Below, in pieces: positions 11,016 through 21,467 of a stretch of DNA of 64,000 bases. The DNA is taken from the IMG/VR virus record IMGVR_UViG_3300046471_000229, one strand, 5' to 3'. Both the position numbers and the translations under genes were made by a program. The stretch's first letter is position 1. Every line of letters starts with the position of its first letter. Origin of the DNA: an uncultured virus (IMG/VR IMGVR_UViG_3300046471_000229) (lineage: Duplodnaviria > Heunggongvirae > Uroviricota > Caudoviricetes). Under the pieces are notes generated by a model, which was given only the letters and a program-made list of their open reading frames with translations, did no database searches and was not told the origin of the DNA.

Positions 11016-11381
11016 GTGTCCACTTATTTGCGCAGAGTGCTTGGCACACTTGGTATGATGGGAGCATTGGATGCACAGGCAAAAGGGGTTGGAATCATGA
11101 ACTACGTCATGTGGGCTATGATGCTGTTTATTGCTGTTTACGCAGGTGCATTATCTGGCTATCCAATAGGTAATCGGTTGTTTTCGCGTGTCTGGAATTT
11201 TGTTTTTAGCGTTATATCAGCCGCTTTCGGCTTGACGTTGGGCGTGTTTATCACGGTGAATTTCATGGGCAAAATGCCGGACAACATCCCACTCATCCTG
11301 ATTCTGGTACTTACTGTAGCGCCTGGGCTCATTGGCGCGATGTTGGCAGAGTGGATCCGCCGTTGTGGCAAAAAGTCCTAA
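11016..11381 (+). CDS. small membrane protein (start possibly Met at 11097)
   Basis: three hydrophobic helices. Confidence 0.55.
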   Translation: MSTYLRRVLGTLGMMGALDAQAKGVGIMNYVMWAMMLFIAVYAGALSGYPIGNRLFSRVWNFVFSVISAAFGLTLGVFITVNFMGKMPDNIPLILILVLTVAPGLIGAMLAEWIRRCGKKS

Positions 11382-11505
11382 ACGGCTTCTTCCGGTCATT
11401 CCTGAGCGGTCGGGCCGCGTTCTGACATGCCTGGAGCCACCTAGGCATGTTCTATAGTCAATTTATCAGCTATATTCGGCAAAAATTGCACTGGAGCATC
11501 ACGCA

Positions 11506-11814
11506 ATGCTGGTCATTCTCGGGTCACTGGTACTGTGTGTTGTGTCCGGCCTCCTAATGACGGATACCAAGCGGACTTCGTTCTGGATGGCCTTGTTAGA
11601 CTATCTCGTCGCGATGGCGTATTTAGGATTCGGCCTGCAGTTTAGCCAGAGCTTGATGGACTATCTCCCTACCCCGAACACGGGCCGCCCTCTTCTCAAT
11701 AGTCTGCTGGAGTGGGGAGGCCTTGGCTTTTTCTGCCTGGGAGCAGTGGCCTTGGGTTTGGTGGCAAACATCGCACTGAATAACTGGAAGTCGCGCACCG
11801 GCAAGAATTTCTGA
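11506..11814 (+). CDS. small membrane protein
   Basis: three hydrophobic helices; GGAG RBS. Confidence 0.6.
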   Translation: MLVILGSLVLCVVSGLLMTDTKRTSFWMALLDYLVAMAYLGFGLQFSQSLMDYLPTPNTGRPLLNSLLEWGGLGFFCLGAVALGLVANIALNNWKSRTGKNF

Positions 11815-11846
11815 ACCCCACCATCGAAAAAACAGGAAGAACAACA

Positions 11847-12194
11847 ATGCTCGCCATTATTGGCTATTTGGCTCTCGCAACACTCATGTCCGCACTGGCC
11901 AATCTCATACACTCCAAGAAAGGTCGCCTGTGGGACTGGGTCGGAAACGTCCCGTTTTTCGCCTCGCTGATTTTCAGCGTAGCGTTCGGGACTCAGCTTA
12001 TCCACTGGATACCCCACCCCAGCGTCGACTCGATGCAAACCAGAATTGTATTCGACCTCATCGGTGTCGTGATTTTCATCATGATTGGCACAGTCACGTC
12101 CTACGTGGCAGGCGGCGTATTGTTCAGCGAGGCCTCTGCCTATGCGGCATCACGCCGAGGCAAGCCGCAGGAAGCTAAGGTCAACCATCAGTAA
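11847..12194 (+). CDS. small membrane protein
   Basis: three hydrophobic helices; AGGA RBS. Confidence 0.6.
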   Translation: MLAIIGYLALATLMSALANLIHSKKGRLWDWVGNVPFFASLIFSVAFGTQLIHWIPHPSVDSMQTRIVFDLIGVVIFIMIGTVTSYVAGGVLFSEASAYAASRRGKPQEAKVNHQ

Positions 12195-12222
12195 CCACGT
12201 TGCCTGGCTCTACGTCACTACG

Positions 12223-12660
12223 TCAGCCAGGCAATTTCAATGCAGCCTTGTCGATTACTTCAAAGAGCTCATCGTCCGCGACCGCAGGAATATCCAGAAA
12301 TGTAACCTTTGGCCGAGTCCTCGCCGTCGCCAGACAGTGGATTCTGCTCACCAGGTAATGACTGAAAAGGTAACCCACCAATTCGCCATCTTCGTACTCA
12401 GGCTCCAGCGCTCTGACCTCGGCAGCCAGTCGTTTAGGATCAATGCGCATGATCGTCTTCGCCAGAGGCCGGCCCGGAAACACATAGTCGTCAAGCACTT
12501 TAGCCACGCGCTTAGCCAATGCATCGGGGACGAGCCACACCAGCGGTTCGCCTCGGCTTTCAATCGGCGTACCGAACGTAATTTCGTTGAGCAGGCCGGC
12601 AACCTCGTCATTTAGCTGAGTACCAGACAAAATCACCTGCTGAATACCGGTCGTTGCCAT
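12223..12660 (-). CDS. hypothetical protein
   Basis: 145-aa ORF translationally coupled to the upstream gene. Confidence 0.65.
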   Translation of the reverse strand: MATTGIQQVILSGTQLNDEVAGLLNEITFGTPIESRGEPLVWLVPDALAKRVAKVLDDYVFPGRPLAKTIMRIDPKRLAAEVRALEPEYEDGELVGYLFSHYLVSRIHCLATARTRPKVTFLDIPAVADDELFEVIDKAALKLPG

Positions 12661-12989
12661 TATTTTCTGTCCCTCAATTTGTCTTCAGCCTTAATGGCTG
12701 CTTTGACCCACTCGTCGACAGAGTTATGGGTTTTGTCGAGCTGACTGCCCTTGAGAAACGTCGACCCGGTGATCTCCACATAGGTCAGCTTGTCATCAGT
12801 CCAGGTTGTCCTGAAGGCAATTCGATCACGCAGCCACTCATACCACTTGCCGTAATGGTGAAGATCTTTAGCCCGCTGGCGCGAATGCTCGATCTCTGCC
12901 ATTGCAGTGGCCACCGCCTCTGCATCACGGGGTTCCAGCCGCTTGATGAGCGCCATCAACTGATCCAGGTTAGCTTTCACTTCTGCCAT
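12660..12989 (-). CDS. hypothetical protein
   Basis: 109-aa ORF in a tight minus-strand operon. Confidence 0.65.
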   Translation of the reverse strand: MAEVKANLDQLMALIKRLEPRDAEAVATAMAEIEHSRQRAKDLHHYGKWYEWLRDRIAFRTTWTDDKLTYVEITGSTFLKGSQLDKTHNSVDEWVKAAIKAEDKLRDRK

Positions 12990-12992
12990 GGT

Positions 12993-13178
12993 TCAGCCCT
13001 CGCTCCAGTTGGGGTCGTCTTTTGCAACCAAAGCAATGCCCTTCACGATCATTTCCTTGCCTGTATCGACGCGAACAACGGCCCAGCTGCCTTTGCCGGT
13101 GTAGTCAGTGGGTTCCACCGTGCGCACCATGTTCCCGCTCTTTTTGAATCGGTACTCGGTGTCTGGTTCGATCTTCAT
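12993..13178 (-). CDS. small hypothetical protein
   Basis: 61-aa ORF in the same operon. Confidence 0.55.
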   Translation of the reverse strand: MKIEPDTEYRFKKSGNMVRTVEPTDYTGKGSWAVVRVDTGKEMIVKGIALVAKDDPNWSEG

Positions 13179-13274
13179 GATCTTGGTGCCCTTTAAAATG
13201 CTGATCCTGCAGATTACAGCCTGGACTGCAACATGTCGCTCATCCAGGGCTATCAGACAATTCGCATCAGCTCG

Positions 13275-13592
13275 CTAACCCATGACCGATACCGCTAGCG
13301 CGATAATCAGCGCCGTAACACTGCCGTGGATAGCTATAAATGCCCAGATGCAAAGCCAAAGCACTGGCCTGCGCAAAAATTCACGATAGCCCATGCGCCA
13401 TTTGATCAGGGCAAGACCGAGTCCGCATGCAACAGTACCGATGGCCCCGAGCATCACCTTGACGTCAATGGTCAAACTCTTCGTCATTAGAAATGTTAAG
13501 CCCATAGCCATACATGTGACCACCAGGACGAAACCCAGGAGTGTTTTCTCGTCCACATCAGGCACTTCGCTTAACTCTGCAGTTTTATTCAT
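13275..13592 (-). CDS. membrane protein
   Basis: three hydrophobic segments; overlaps the upstream stop codon. Confidence 0.6.
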   Translation of the reverse strand: MNKTAELSEVPDVDEKTLLGFVLVVTCMAMGLTFLMTKSLTIDVKVMLGAIGTVACGLGLALIKWRMGYREFLRRPVLWLCIWAFIAIHGSVTALIIALAVSVMG

Positions 13593-14022
13593 GTCCTGAA
13601 CTCACTGTCTGGGCACGCTGCTTGAATACCGGGAGAGCCCCGGCCAATTCACGGACGGTTTTCATCTCCGCTTCGTCGTATCCCCAGATATTGGAGTCGT
13701 CAAAACGCTCCGGGCCCAGGTAACCCGGATGCAGGGGCTCACCGGTGCGGATGTAGTCCCGAAACTCTTTGACCAAATCCTTCAACGTGCCGCCGTTGGA
13801 GAATCCCTTCCAGCGCCCACCCCAGGCGGTCTCTGTGGTCAGGATCGCTTTACCTGTGTAGTGATCGACGAACCAGACCTTACCGTATCTATCAACGTGC
13901 ATACTGGAATAGGTTTGGGCGGTTGCATTGTAAAAGAACCGGCGCCCGTGGTCGGCGATGATCTTGATCACTTGATTCACGTGCTCGGCACGCTGGTGTT
14001 TTTGTGCTGTTTTGCTCGCCAC
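13585..14022 (-). CDS. phage/plasmid-type hypothetical protein
   Basis: GRRFF...WFVDHY...GFSNGGTL...WGY; GAGG RBS. Confidence 0.65.
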   Translation of the reverse strand: MASKTAQKHQRAEHVNQVIKIIADHGRRFFYNATAQTYSSMHVDRYGKVWFVDHYTGKAILTTETAWGGRWKGFSNGGTLKDLVKEFRDYIRTGEPLHPGYLGPERFDDSNIWGYDEAEMKTVRELAGALPVFKQRAQTVSSGHE

Positions 14023-14077
14023 AATTACCTCAATATCCCTAATGATTTACGCGCTCTGACGCGCACTCTCGGTGTAA

Positions 14078-14473
14078 TCAGTCCAGCTTCATGCCTTGCT
14101 TAATCAAGCTCTCGCGAACGTCTTGCGGACGATACAGTTTCTCGCCGATGACCTTGGTGCCGACCGGACGATAAAAGAACTCGTTGTCTTGGATCATGAT
14201 GTGACCTACGGTCTTACCCTCAACGGTCACAACCGAATGTTCGTCCGGGGCGGCATAGGATTTCAGCGCGCTTTTGAGGCTGGCCAGGCTCGATTCTTCA
14301 TAGCGGTCACCGGACGGTGCATTGGCAACGTATAGCCGTACATTTGGTTTGTACCAAACGGAAAACACAATACCTTCGGATTCAACCTTGATTCGTTTGT
14401 CCCATTCAGGAACATCTGAAGCCTTGAGTTTCGAGACGTTCAGTGCATTGTGTTTGTTCTGTGATTCAGCCAT
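14078..14473 (-). CDS. hypothetical protein
   Basis: 131-aa ORF. Confidence 0.6.
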   Translation of the reverse strand: MAESQNKHNALNVSKLKASDVPEWDKRIKVESEGIVFSVWYKPNVRLYVANAPSGDRYEESSLASLKSALKSYAAPDEHSVVTVEGKTVGHIMIQDNEFFYRPVGTKVIGEKLYRPQDVRESLIKQGMKLD

Positions 14474-14543
14474 GTTCTCTCTCTTAACCGCCTGAAAAGG
14501 TCAGTTGTAAACTAATGGTTTACAACTGAACGAGGTATACCGA

Positions 14544-15299
14544 CTAATTTTTGTACTGATCAGGCTTGCTCTGGGTAAAGATCTGCGGCGCAAAATCGAC
14601 GATTTGCCGATTACTGATCAATCCACAGATACCAAAGCCTTTGATCACACCGTAAAGCATAATCGCCGGCGTCTGTAGGGCACGCGGTCTCCCCGCCTCG
14701 TCCTCAAGGTTGATCAGATGGCACAGCTCGCGGACTTCAGAAATCGCCAGATCGGCGCTCATCAACCTGGCAGATCGAACAGCAATGGCTAATTCGTTGA
14801 CCAGAGCTTCCAGATCATCAGGGAGCTGATCAGCACTATTTCGCACACCACCGGTCTGCGCAGCGGTCGGAAGTGGCGTGGTGACGCGGCCCAACCAGTT
14901 CTCAACGTTTTCACGAAAGTAAGGCTCGAGCTTCAAGGCCTGGGCGATACCAGGATCTACATTGCCCATGTGTCCGCCTGCCTGGCTTCTCGACCAGTAC
15001 TGACGCATCGCCTCCAACATCTCTCCGACGGAAGCGCCGCTGGTGAGGGCATGCAGCGCGGCTCGGACACAATCACCTGCGCCAGGAACACGTCCGTCGG
15101 CCATCACCTCGGCTGAGCCGACCTCGGTTGCTGGAGCTGTGACCTGAGCAATGTCAGGATATAGCGCCATGATCGAGCAGGCGATGACAACCGGGTGCCC
15201 TGGAAATACCAAGTCAGCGCCGGAGACCTGGCGAATCCACGAGAGCACTTCGTTAGTTTCGTGGAGCTTCGGGAGTTCATGCTGCAAGCGGCTGGTCAT
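14544..15299 (-). CDS. hypothetical protein
   Basis: 251-aa ORF; AGGA RBS. Confidence 0.65.
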   Translation of the reverse strand: MTSRLQHELPKLHETNEVLSWIRQVSGADLVFPGHPVVIACSIMALYPDIAQVTAPATEVGSAEVMADGRVPGAGDCVRAALHALTSGASVGEMLEAMRQYWSRSQAGGHMGNVDPGIAQALKLEPYFRENVENWLGRVTTPLPTAAQTGGVRNSADQLPDDLEALVNELAIAVRSARLMSADLAISEVRELCHLINLEDEAGRPRALQTPAIMLYGVIKGFGICGLISNRQIVDFAPQIFTQSKPDQYKN

Positions 15300-15504
15300 T
15301 TAGTCATCCTTGGTAAGCTAAGTGGCATTAATGGCATATTAGTACCATAAATTCGTGAGCGCAATCAAACCAACCTTGTTCAAGGATCGAGGGTGGAGAT
15401 ATCAACTCAAGGGAACCAAATAAACAATAGCCATATATTGCATTTTTTCTGCTGCTGATTCGCTGCACATGATATGATGGCTCAATGATACTTTTCACAA
15501 GGGT

Positions 15505-16701
15505 GTGCAAAACTTGAATCAAGATCGTCTGAGAGCACTGGTCAGTCAAATTGTCCAGATCGGCCCAGAGGCTGCCGTCCTGCCGCTACCGCGTCGCTTC
15601 AAAATTACTCCTTTGCGACTTCTGAATGAGGAAGTCATGGGCCCGGCCATCGATTTCTTCAAGGAGCACGCTAAGCGCGAGTCATGCACCACTAGCATGC
15701 TGCTTAGCTTGAATGAATGCCAGGATCTGTCCGACTACTTCAAGCAGCAAGGGACTTCATTCTCGACGCTTCGAATGATGCAGATCCGTGCCCGGCACGA
15801 GTACACCAACGCACCCATTTTTACGGTAGCGCCGGGCCTCAAGGGGATGCTCAAAGAAACAGGCCTGAAGGGCAACATCCCTGCCAAATTCTTCACCGGC
15901 CCCTTCCGCACCTCCTATCTTGAATTCGATCCGGCTGAAGACCGCCGTGTTCTGGCGATGAGCAAAACGGAGCCAGCCGATCTGGTGGAGGGTGTGTTTT
16001 TCCAGGAGCAGGTGCTAGACACCCCGCCTCCAATGCCCCGACACCAGAGGGAAATCCTAGAGCTCGACCCGCACAAGCCGGTGCGGGTTATCGATGTGGC
16101 GTTTACCTACTCCCCGATCAACTCTGCCGATAAGGCGATACAAGGCGCTCCCCTGGTGCTGGGCGACCGGATGTCCTACATTCAGATCTACGTTCAGGAT
16201 GAGCTTGAGCCCATCGCCGAGTTACTGGAGCGGTCGATCCAATTTGCCGCTTCTGATCCGCTCGGGATGGAGTCGGTCGGCGCCGAAAACGTTGAGGCCT
16301 TCAAAGAGTCCCTACGCACGAACTTCAGCAAGCTGACCAAAATCCTGTTCTATATGCATGTCGAGCGCAAGGCGCAGGTACATCAGACACCAGCCAAGGA
16401 GCTCGAGGAGCGCATCCTGGCGGTTGGGGACAAAAAGAAACCCAAGCTGCAACGGATGCTCAATCGCGTCTATGACCGCATCGTGGTCGGCCCGATGACC
16501 TACATCCCTCTGGCTGATCGACTGGCGCCAGGGGAAAAGATCAAAGGTCGCAAGGCAACGCACTACCGAAGCAGCTACTTTGCCATCCGCTGGAACGGCT
16601 CTGGCCAGGCCAAGGTGCCAGAACTCACGAAGATCAAGGAATCGATCATCAATGAAGATCAACTGAAGGTCAGACCGGAGCGGGAATACGAGATCCGGTG
16701 A
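15505..16701 (+). CDS. hypothetical protein with a basic C-terminal HxRxxY/W-type motif
   Basis: 398-aa ORF; KATHYRSSYFAIRWNGSG near the C-terminus. Confidence 0.75.
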   Translation: MQNLNQDRLRALVSQIVQIGPEAAVLPLPRRFKITPLRLLNEEVMGPAIDFFKEHAKRESCTTSMLLSLNECQDLSDYFKQQGTSFSTLRMMQIRARHEYTNAPIFTVAPGLKGMLKETGLKGNIPAKFFTGPFRTSYLEFDPAEDRRVLAMSKTEPADLVEGVFFQEQVLDTPPPMPRHQREILELDPHKPVRVIDVAFTYSPINSADKAIQGAPLVLGDRMSYIQIYVQDELEPIAELLERSIQFAASDPLGMESVGAENVEAFKESLRTNFSKLTKILFYMHVERKAQVHQTPAKELEERILAVGDKKKPKLQRMLNRVYDRIVVGPMTYIPLADRLAPGEKIKGRKATHYRSSYFAIRWNGSGQAKVPELTKIKESIINEDQLKVRPEREYEIR

Positions 16702-16855
16702 AGTCTTGACCATCTGAATCAGTTGAGGGCGAAGGAAGCATCACATTCACAAAGAATTGACGACTTGCGCCTTCTTCCTTGCAACTGGCCCTGCCCGGCT
16801 AAACTGCCTGGTTTGTTAACTTGTGCGCGGATATTGGACAGTGCTTACTCAACCG

Positions 16856-16874
16856 GTAGACAACGATCTAATTT
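16856..16874. repeat. 19-bp dispersed intergenic repeat, copy 1
   Basis: GTAGACAACGATCTAATTT, identical at 21433-21451. Confidence 0.7.
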
Positions 16875-16902
16875 ACAGACGGTGTTGTGATTGACGTACC
16901 CG

Positions 16903-17112
16903 TCAGAATGGCGGGCAGGACTCATCCAAGACTTGCTTGTGGTGACCCTGGGCCAGTTCGACGGCTTGCTCGGCGCTGATCTCGCCTTTGATGTAACGCT
17001 TGGACATCTTTCTGATGAAGGCCCCAGCCTCGGCTGGTGAGGTGTCGGTATGTTCTGTCGTTTGGCCGTGAGGAGCCGCTGCATCTGCGCGTTGATCAGT
17101 CCTTTCTACCAC
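16903..17112 (-). CDS. small protein, possibly VbhA-antitoxin-like
   Basis: RYIKGEISAEQAV resembles the VbhA-family C-terminal helix; strong RBS. Confidence 0.35.
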   Translation of the reverse strand: MVERTDQRADAAAPHGQTTEHTDTSPAEAGAFIRKMSKRYIKGEISAEQAVELAQGHHKQVLDESCPPF

Positions 17113-17293
17113 GTTGCTTCCCCTTCTCTCTTCGTTTTCCTGCGCAGTGAGCGAATCATTTTACACAAGGTAGAACAGTAATTATGATGCCTCCGACCAA
17201 GGGAAATCCACCTACCAAAGTGGAATATTTCTGTTAATTGCCACTTGTTATTCATCGATTTTTGTTGCTGATAAACCCCTCCCCGGAGCATAC

Positions 17294-17710
17294 GTGGACG
17301 CTATCAAAAAAGGCTGGATCGACAACACCTTTGAGGCTATTGAGTCGTGCGAACAGTACTTAAAGCTCCAGGGCGATGAGTACGACGACTTTAGAACCCT
17401 GGCCAACTGGATCTACTTCACCAACCTGAATGACTACCTGTTCATGCCGGTCGGTTGGGAAGCCGCCAAGCACACCGCCCGTGACTTCAGCAGCTTTCTC
17501 CACGTGCTCCATCTCGCGATGATCAAGGAAGGAAACTGGTGCATCGTTGAACCGCAGGTGCAATGCAGCTTCCTGGTGCTGGGTGTCGATGTCCGTGATG
17601 AAGAGAAACTTCAGGCTTTGGTCGACAAGAAAATTGGGTTGTCTTATCGCAGACCCTTCTTGGTTCACCAGGATGTGGAGCGCTTCATTCAGCTCGTCGA
17701 AAAACACTGA
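17294..17710 (+). CDS. hypothetical protein
   Basis: 138-aa ORF; GGAG RBS, GTG start. Confidence 0.6.
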   Translation: MDAIKKGWIDNTFEAIESCEQYLKLQGDEYDDFRTLANWIYFTNLNDYLFMPVGWEAAKHTARDFSSFLHVLHLAMIKEGNWCIVEPQVQCSFLVLGVDVRDEEKLQALVDKKIGLSYRRPFLVHQDVERFIQLVEKH

Positions 17711-17769
17711 CTCCGCTTGGCGCACACGCGACACCAAATACCGCATTTGGCCTGTTGATCTGGTTGTGC

Positions 17770-18354
17770 CTAAGGCCAGTCATCATCCATGTCGCCATCG
17801 TACATGTGGCGCGGATCACGAGGTAGGCCATCGTCGCCGTCGAATGTGGTACCGGTCACCACCCTGTAGATCTCGAGAGCCCGGTGTCGTGGCCGATTGG
17901 AATATTCGAGCGTCTTGCAACTACCGTTACTATGGGTGACGGTCACGATCCTGTCCCAGGCTGGGAGGCCGTAGTCATCGGTCACCTCTTGCCCGCGTGA
18001 GGCCTTAATGACCCAATCACCCCAGCTGAGCTTGTTACCCTTATCCATCGCATCAAAGATGACGCGTGGCGTGAGCTCTTGACACTCAACCGGCCTCCAC
18101 TGCTCATAGGCTTCTTCATAGTGGACAGCCATGGGGCCAAAACTCTCGTAGAGCGGCGAAGTTCTCGCATCTCTCCCCTCAGCCTTACTGGCGGCAGCAA
18201 GCGCCAACAACGCGCTCATGGCCTCATCAGCGGCTCTATCCGGGTAATGACTGTTATCATCGTCTTTGTAAAGCTCCAGCATGCGCCGATGGTGGACGCA
18301 GGCCAGAGCCGTCATTACGAGCATCTCGAAATAGGACACTTTTTTGCGCTGCAT
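17770..18354 (-). CDS. hypothetical protein
   Basis: 194-aa ORF. Confidence 0.6.
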   Translation of the reverse strand: MQRKKVSYFEMLVMTALACVHHRRMLELYKDDDNSHYPDRAADEAMSALLALAAASKAEGRDARTSPLYESFGPMAVHYEEAYEQWRPVECQELTPRVIFDAMDKGNKLSWGDWVIKASRGQEVTDDYGLPAWDRIVTVTHSNGSCKTLEYSNRPRHRALEIYRVVTGTTFDGDDGLPRDPRHMYDGDMDDDWP

Positions 18355-18570
18355 GATTACCCCCCATCGGGTTTATGCCTTATACGTCGCTTCCGGAAAC
18401 CGGACATAACCTGTGGAAACCAGGCTGCTGTCTGTCCGCTGCGTATTCATAGCACGAATAATACCAATACGCTGGGCACGGCTGGCAACCAATTTTTGAT
18501 CATTGCCGTTGAACTGCAGGACACGCGATCTGTAATCTGAAGAAAGCTATTTACCCAGGATTTCCATCAT

Positions 18571-19056
18571 ATGGCACAGAGTATTGCCGCAGAGAACCGT
18601 CGCTTCAGAAAGGCACTGTATGAGCCGGTTATCTCCTTGTATCACTACAACGGTTGCGGTTTTTTCGACGGCGGGTGTTTATTACTCGCTGATGCCCTGG
18701 TGCAGTGGAGCGATGGCGAGCTGAAGCTTGGCGCAATTGACCGAGTGAGCAACAAGAGTGAATCCGGTGGCGACCACTGGTTTGTGTCCATGGACGTGGT
18801 AGGAAAGACGTTCCTTCTGGATGCCAATGGCCTGAAATTGCCGGCCCCATATCGTAGGTACTTTGAAAGAGAGGAAGTTCAGGAGCCATGCGTGTTCCTC
18901 GAGAATCCACAGCACAACCCTGAATCTGAAGTACCAAGGGACGCGGCTTTCAGCAAAATCCTTTGCGATCAACTTTTCGCTGCCCTGGGCGCGTATCCCC
19001 TTTGGAAAGCAGATATTGCGCGTGTCTTCGAGACTGATCTGTCGCTCGCGCCTTAG
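18571..19056 (+). CDS. papain/transglutaminase-like fold protein (putative Cys-His-Asp triad)
   Basis: GGCLLLADAL...DHWFV...LLDANG. Confidence 0.5.
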   Translation: MAQSIAAENRRFRKALYEPVISLYHYNGCGFFDGGCLLLADALVQWSDGELKLGAIDRVSNKSESGGDHWFVSMDVVGKTFLLDANGLKLPAPYRRYFEREEVQEPCVFLENPQHNPESEVPRDAAFSKILCDQLFAALGAYPLWKADIARVFETDLSLAP

Positions 19057-19196
19057 TCCGTCGCTTCGGTGGCGCAATTCTCGCAGGCTCTATTTCGTGC
19101 CTGTAATCCTGGATCCAATTTTCCAAATTGGCTGGATTTTTAGGCTTTTCAATGAGATTCTGGTACGAATGTTCCGTTCCGCGAGCTTCTGCCATC

Positions 19197-20513
19197 ATGT
19201 TGTTCAAAGGCCATAAAGACACCATCAACGCCCTGCAACAGACCGTCGCACAGCAAGCCAGCCTTCTCGAAGCAGTCAATCACTCCATGGCTGTCATCCA
19301 ATTTGACCTTAATGGCATCGTCCTGCAGGCCAATGAAAACTTCTTCAACACCATGGGGTACCGACCAGAGCAAGTGATTGGTCAGCCCCATCGTCAGTTC
19401 TGCCTCCAGGAGTACGCACGCAGTGCTGAGTACCAGGATTTTTGGCGACGTCTGAAAAGCGGCCAGTACGAATCTGGTACGTTTGAGCGTGTAGCTGGGG
19501 ATGGTCGCCCTATCTGGCTGGAAGCCAGCTACAACCCGGTCAAGGACGAATGCGGCAACGTGGTGAAGGTGATCAAGTATGCGCTCGATGTCACCGCGAA
19601 GGTGCAGCGTGAGAGTGAGGCTAAAGGCAAGTTGCAAGCGCTAGACCGAGCCATGGGCATTATTGAGTTTAACCTCGATGGCAGCATCGTGGATGCCAAC
19701 CAAAATTTCCTCTCTCTGGTCGGCTACAGCCTGGCTGAAATCAAGGGCAAGCATCACCGGACGTTCTGCAAGCCGGCCTTGGCCAACAGCAGCGAATACC
19801 AGGACTTCTGGCGCCGCCTGAATAAAGGCGAGTTTTTCAGCGGACAGTTCGAACGGGTCGGTAGACGCGGTCAGACCATCTGGCTCGAAGCAAACTACAA
19901 CCCGGTGTATGACGCCAGCGGCCACCTATACAAAGTGGTGAAATTCGCTTCCGACGTAACGGCCAGGGTCGAGCAGCATGACCAGGACGCCCGCAGTGCC
20001 AGCCAGGCCTATCACATCTCAGTAGAAACGCGAAAAGCTGCTGAGCACGGCACCGAAGTGATTCAGCAAGCAGCGAGTGAAATGCGGGACATCGCCCACA
20101 ATATTGAGGACTCGTCCGTCATCGTCGCCAAACTCGGTGAACGCTCCAAGCAGATCACCACCATCGTCAACACCATTCGTGGGATAGCTGAGCAGACCAA
20201 CCTACTGGCGCTGAACGCAGCCATTGAGGCCGCCCGCGCCGGCGAACAAGGTCGCGGCTTTGCTGTTGTCGCGGATGAAGTACGCAAGCTGGCCGCAAGC
20301 ACCAGTCGCTCGACGATGGAAATTTCTGAGATGGTCAACGTTATCCAGAATGAAACGCTGATCGCGATCAAGAGCATGGACAACACCCGTGAGCGGGCCA
20401 CGACCGGGGTTGATCTCGCTGATCAGGCCGGGGTCGTCATCCAGCAGATTCGGGATGGCGCCAGCAATGCGGTGGAGGCAGTCAGCATGCTGGCCAACGG
20501 GCGAGGCGATTAA
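19197..20513 (+). CDS. cytoplasmic PAS-PAS methyl-accepting chemotaxis protein (BdlA-like)
   Basis: two PAS/PAC repeats (ANENF..GY..E..G..H..F..FW..L..WLEA.YNPV) plus the MA signature; no TM segments. Confidence 0.9.
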   Translation: MLFKGHKDTINALQQTVAQQASLLEAVNHSMAVIQFDLNGIVLQANENFFNTMGYRPEQVIGQPHRQFCLQEYARSAEYQDFWRRLKSGQYESGTFERVAGDGRPIWLEASYNPVKDECGNVVKVIKYALDVTAKVQRESEAKGKLQALDRAMGIIEFNLDGSIVDANQNFLSLVGYSLAEIKGKHHRTFCKPALANSSEYQDFWRRLNKGEFFSGQFERVGRRGQTIWLEANYNPVYDASGHLYKVVKFASDVTARVEQHDQDARSASQAYHISVETRKAAEHGTEVIQQAASEMRDIAHNIEDSSVIVAKLGERSKQITTIVNTIRGIAEQTNLLALNAAIEAARAGEQGRGFAVVADEVRKLAASTSRSTMEISEMVNVIQNETLIAIKSMDNTRERATTGVDLADQAGVVIQQIRDGASNAVEAVSMLANGRGD

Positions 20514-20583
20514 TCAGCGCAATGTATGGGTGCTGGTGATTGTGCAAGGGGGCTGCTTCGGAGCCCCATTTTTTCTTGAGCTA

Positions 20584-21384
20584 TCAGAGGCCCAGGTCGT
20601 TGTCGAATCTAAAACGATCTGGTTTTGATCGATCTGGTTCGAATGGAAGCATTTCTCGGACTTCGTCCCTCCGAGCTTGAGCCGACTTCGCTGTCGCGAG
20701 CTTACTTGCGCTGATGATCTGTTGACAGAGGTTTTCGTAATGGGGCATTTCGAGAACGCCGACTTCGATGTTTCGCAGATAACCATCCACCGCATAAGCA
20801 ATCGCATCTTGGTGAAAGTTGAAAACAAAACCTGGATCCCTGGCAAAAGGTTCCTTAGCGTTCATTCGGGAGCCAACCCACTCACCCATGTTTTGAACTT
20901 CTGAAAGCAGCGATATACCCTGCTCGATGCTGGCCAGTCGCGAGGTGTTTAAATCGTCTAGCGTGGTTGGATTTGCCAGGTTTTTTATAGCTTTGGTGAT
21001 GAACGTGATCTTTTTTTGTTCGGCAGCTGCCGGATCCATGAAAAGGACATCACTGATCCGCCCTAAGAGCGACTTTGGCGGGTTGTACACTGAAATATTC
21101 AGTGCGAGTTTCATAAGACCGTCCACTAGCTTGTCACGCAAATCATGATCATGCAGTGAAATCAGGCCGTTAACCTTTTTCTGCTTGGATTTCCATTCCT
21201 CAACAAGATCCGCCATCAATTTTCCGTTCTCGCTGTTTTCGGCGGGTACCTGAGCCATTTTTTGAATCCTCAAAAGGTTACTTTCACTACTGTGCCACGC
21301 CAGCGCAGTGTCCGTAAACGTAGAGAAAACCTGACGCAGCAGTTCGGGTGGCGTTGAACGACGCGCTACCCCCAGGAGCCCCAC
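20584..21384 (-). CDS. hypothetical protein with C-terminal DNDLGL tag
   Basis: 266-aa ORF. Confidence 0.6.
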   Translation of the reverse strand: MGLLGVARRSTPPELLRQVFSTFTDTALAWHSSESNLLRIQKMAQVPAENSENGKLMADLVEEWKSKQKKVNGLISLHDHDLRDKLVDGLMKLALNISVYNPPKSLLGRISDVLFMDPAAAEQKKITFITKAIKNLANPTTLDDLNTSRLASIEQGISLLSEVQNMGEWVGSRMNAKEPFARDPGFVFNFHQDAIAYAVDGYLRNIEVGVLEMPHYENLCQQIISASKLATAKSAQARRDEVREMLPFEPDRSKPDRFRFDNDLGL

Positions 21385-21432
21385 CCTGCTGATTACCCGG
21401 AGCGCGGTTTGAGGACATACGTATCCGCAAAA

Positions 21433-21451
21433 GTAGACAACGATCTAATTT
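21433..21451. repeat. 19-bp dispersed intergenic repeat, copy 2
   Basis: identical to 16856-16874. Confidence 0.7.
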
Positions 21452-21467
21452 TAAAGCCGGCGATATA

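Noticed and set aside
15402..15412. TCAACTCAAGG match to the 3' part of spacer 1
   Set aside because: An 11-nt PAM-distal match only; compatible with chance.
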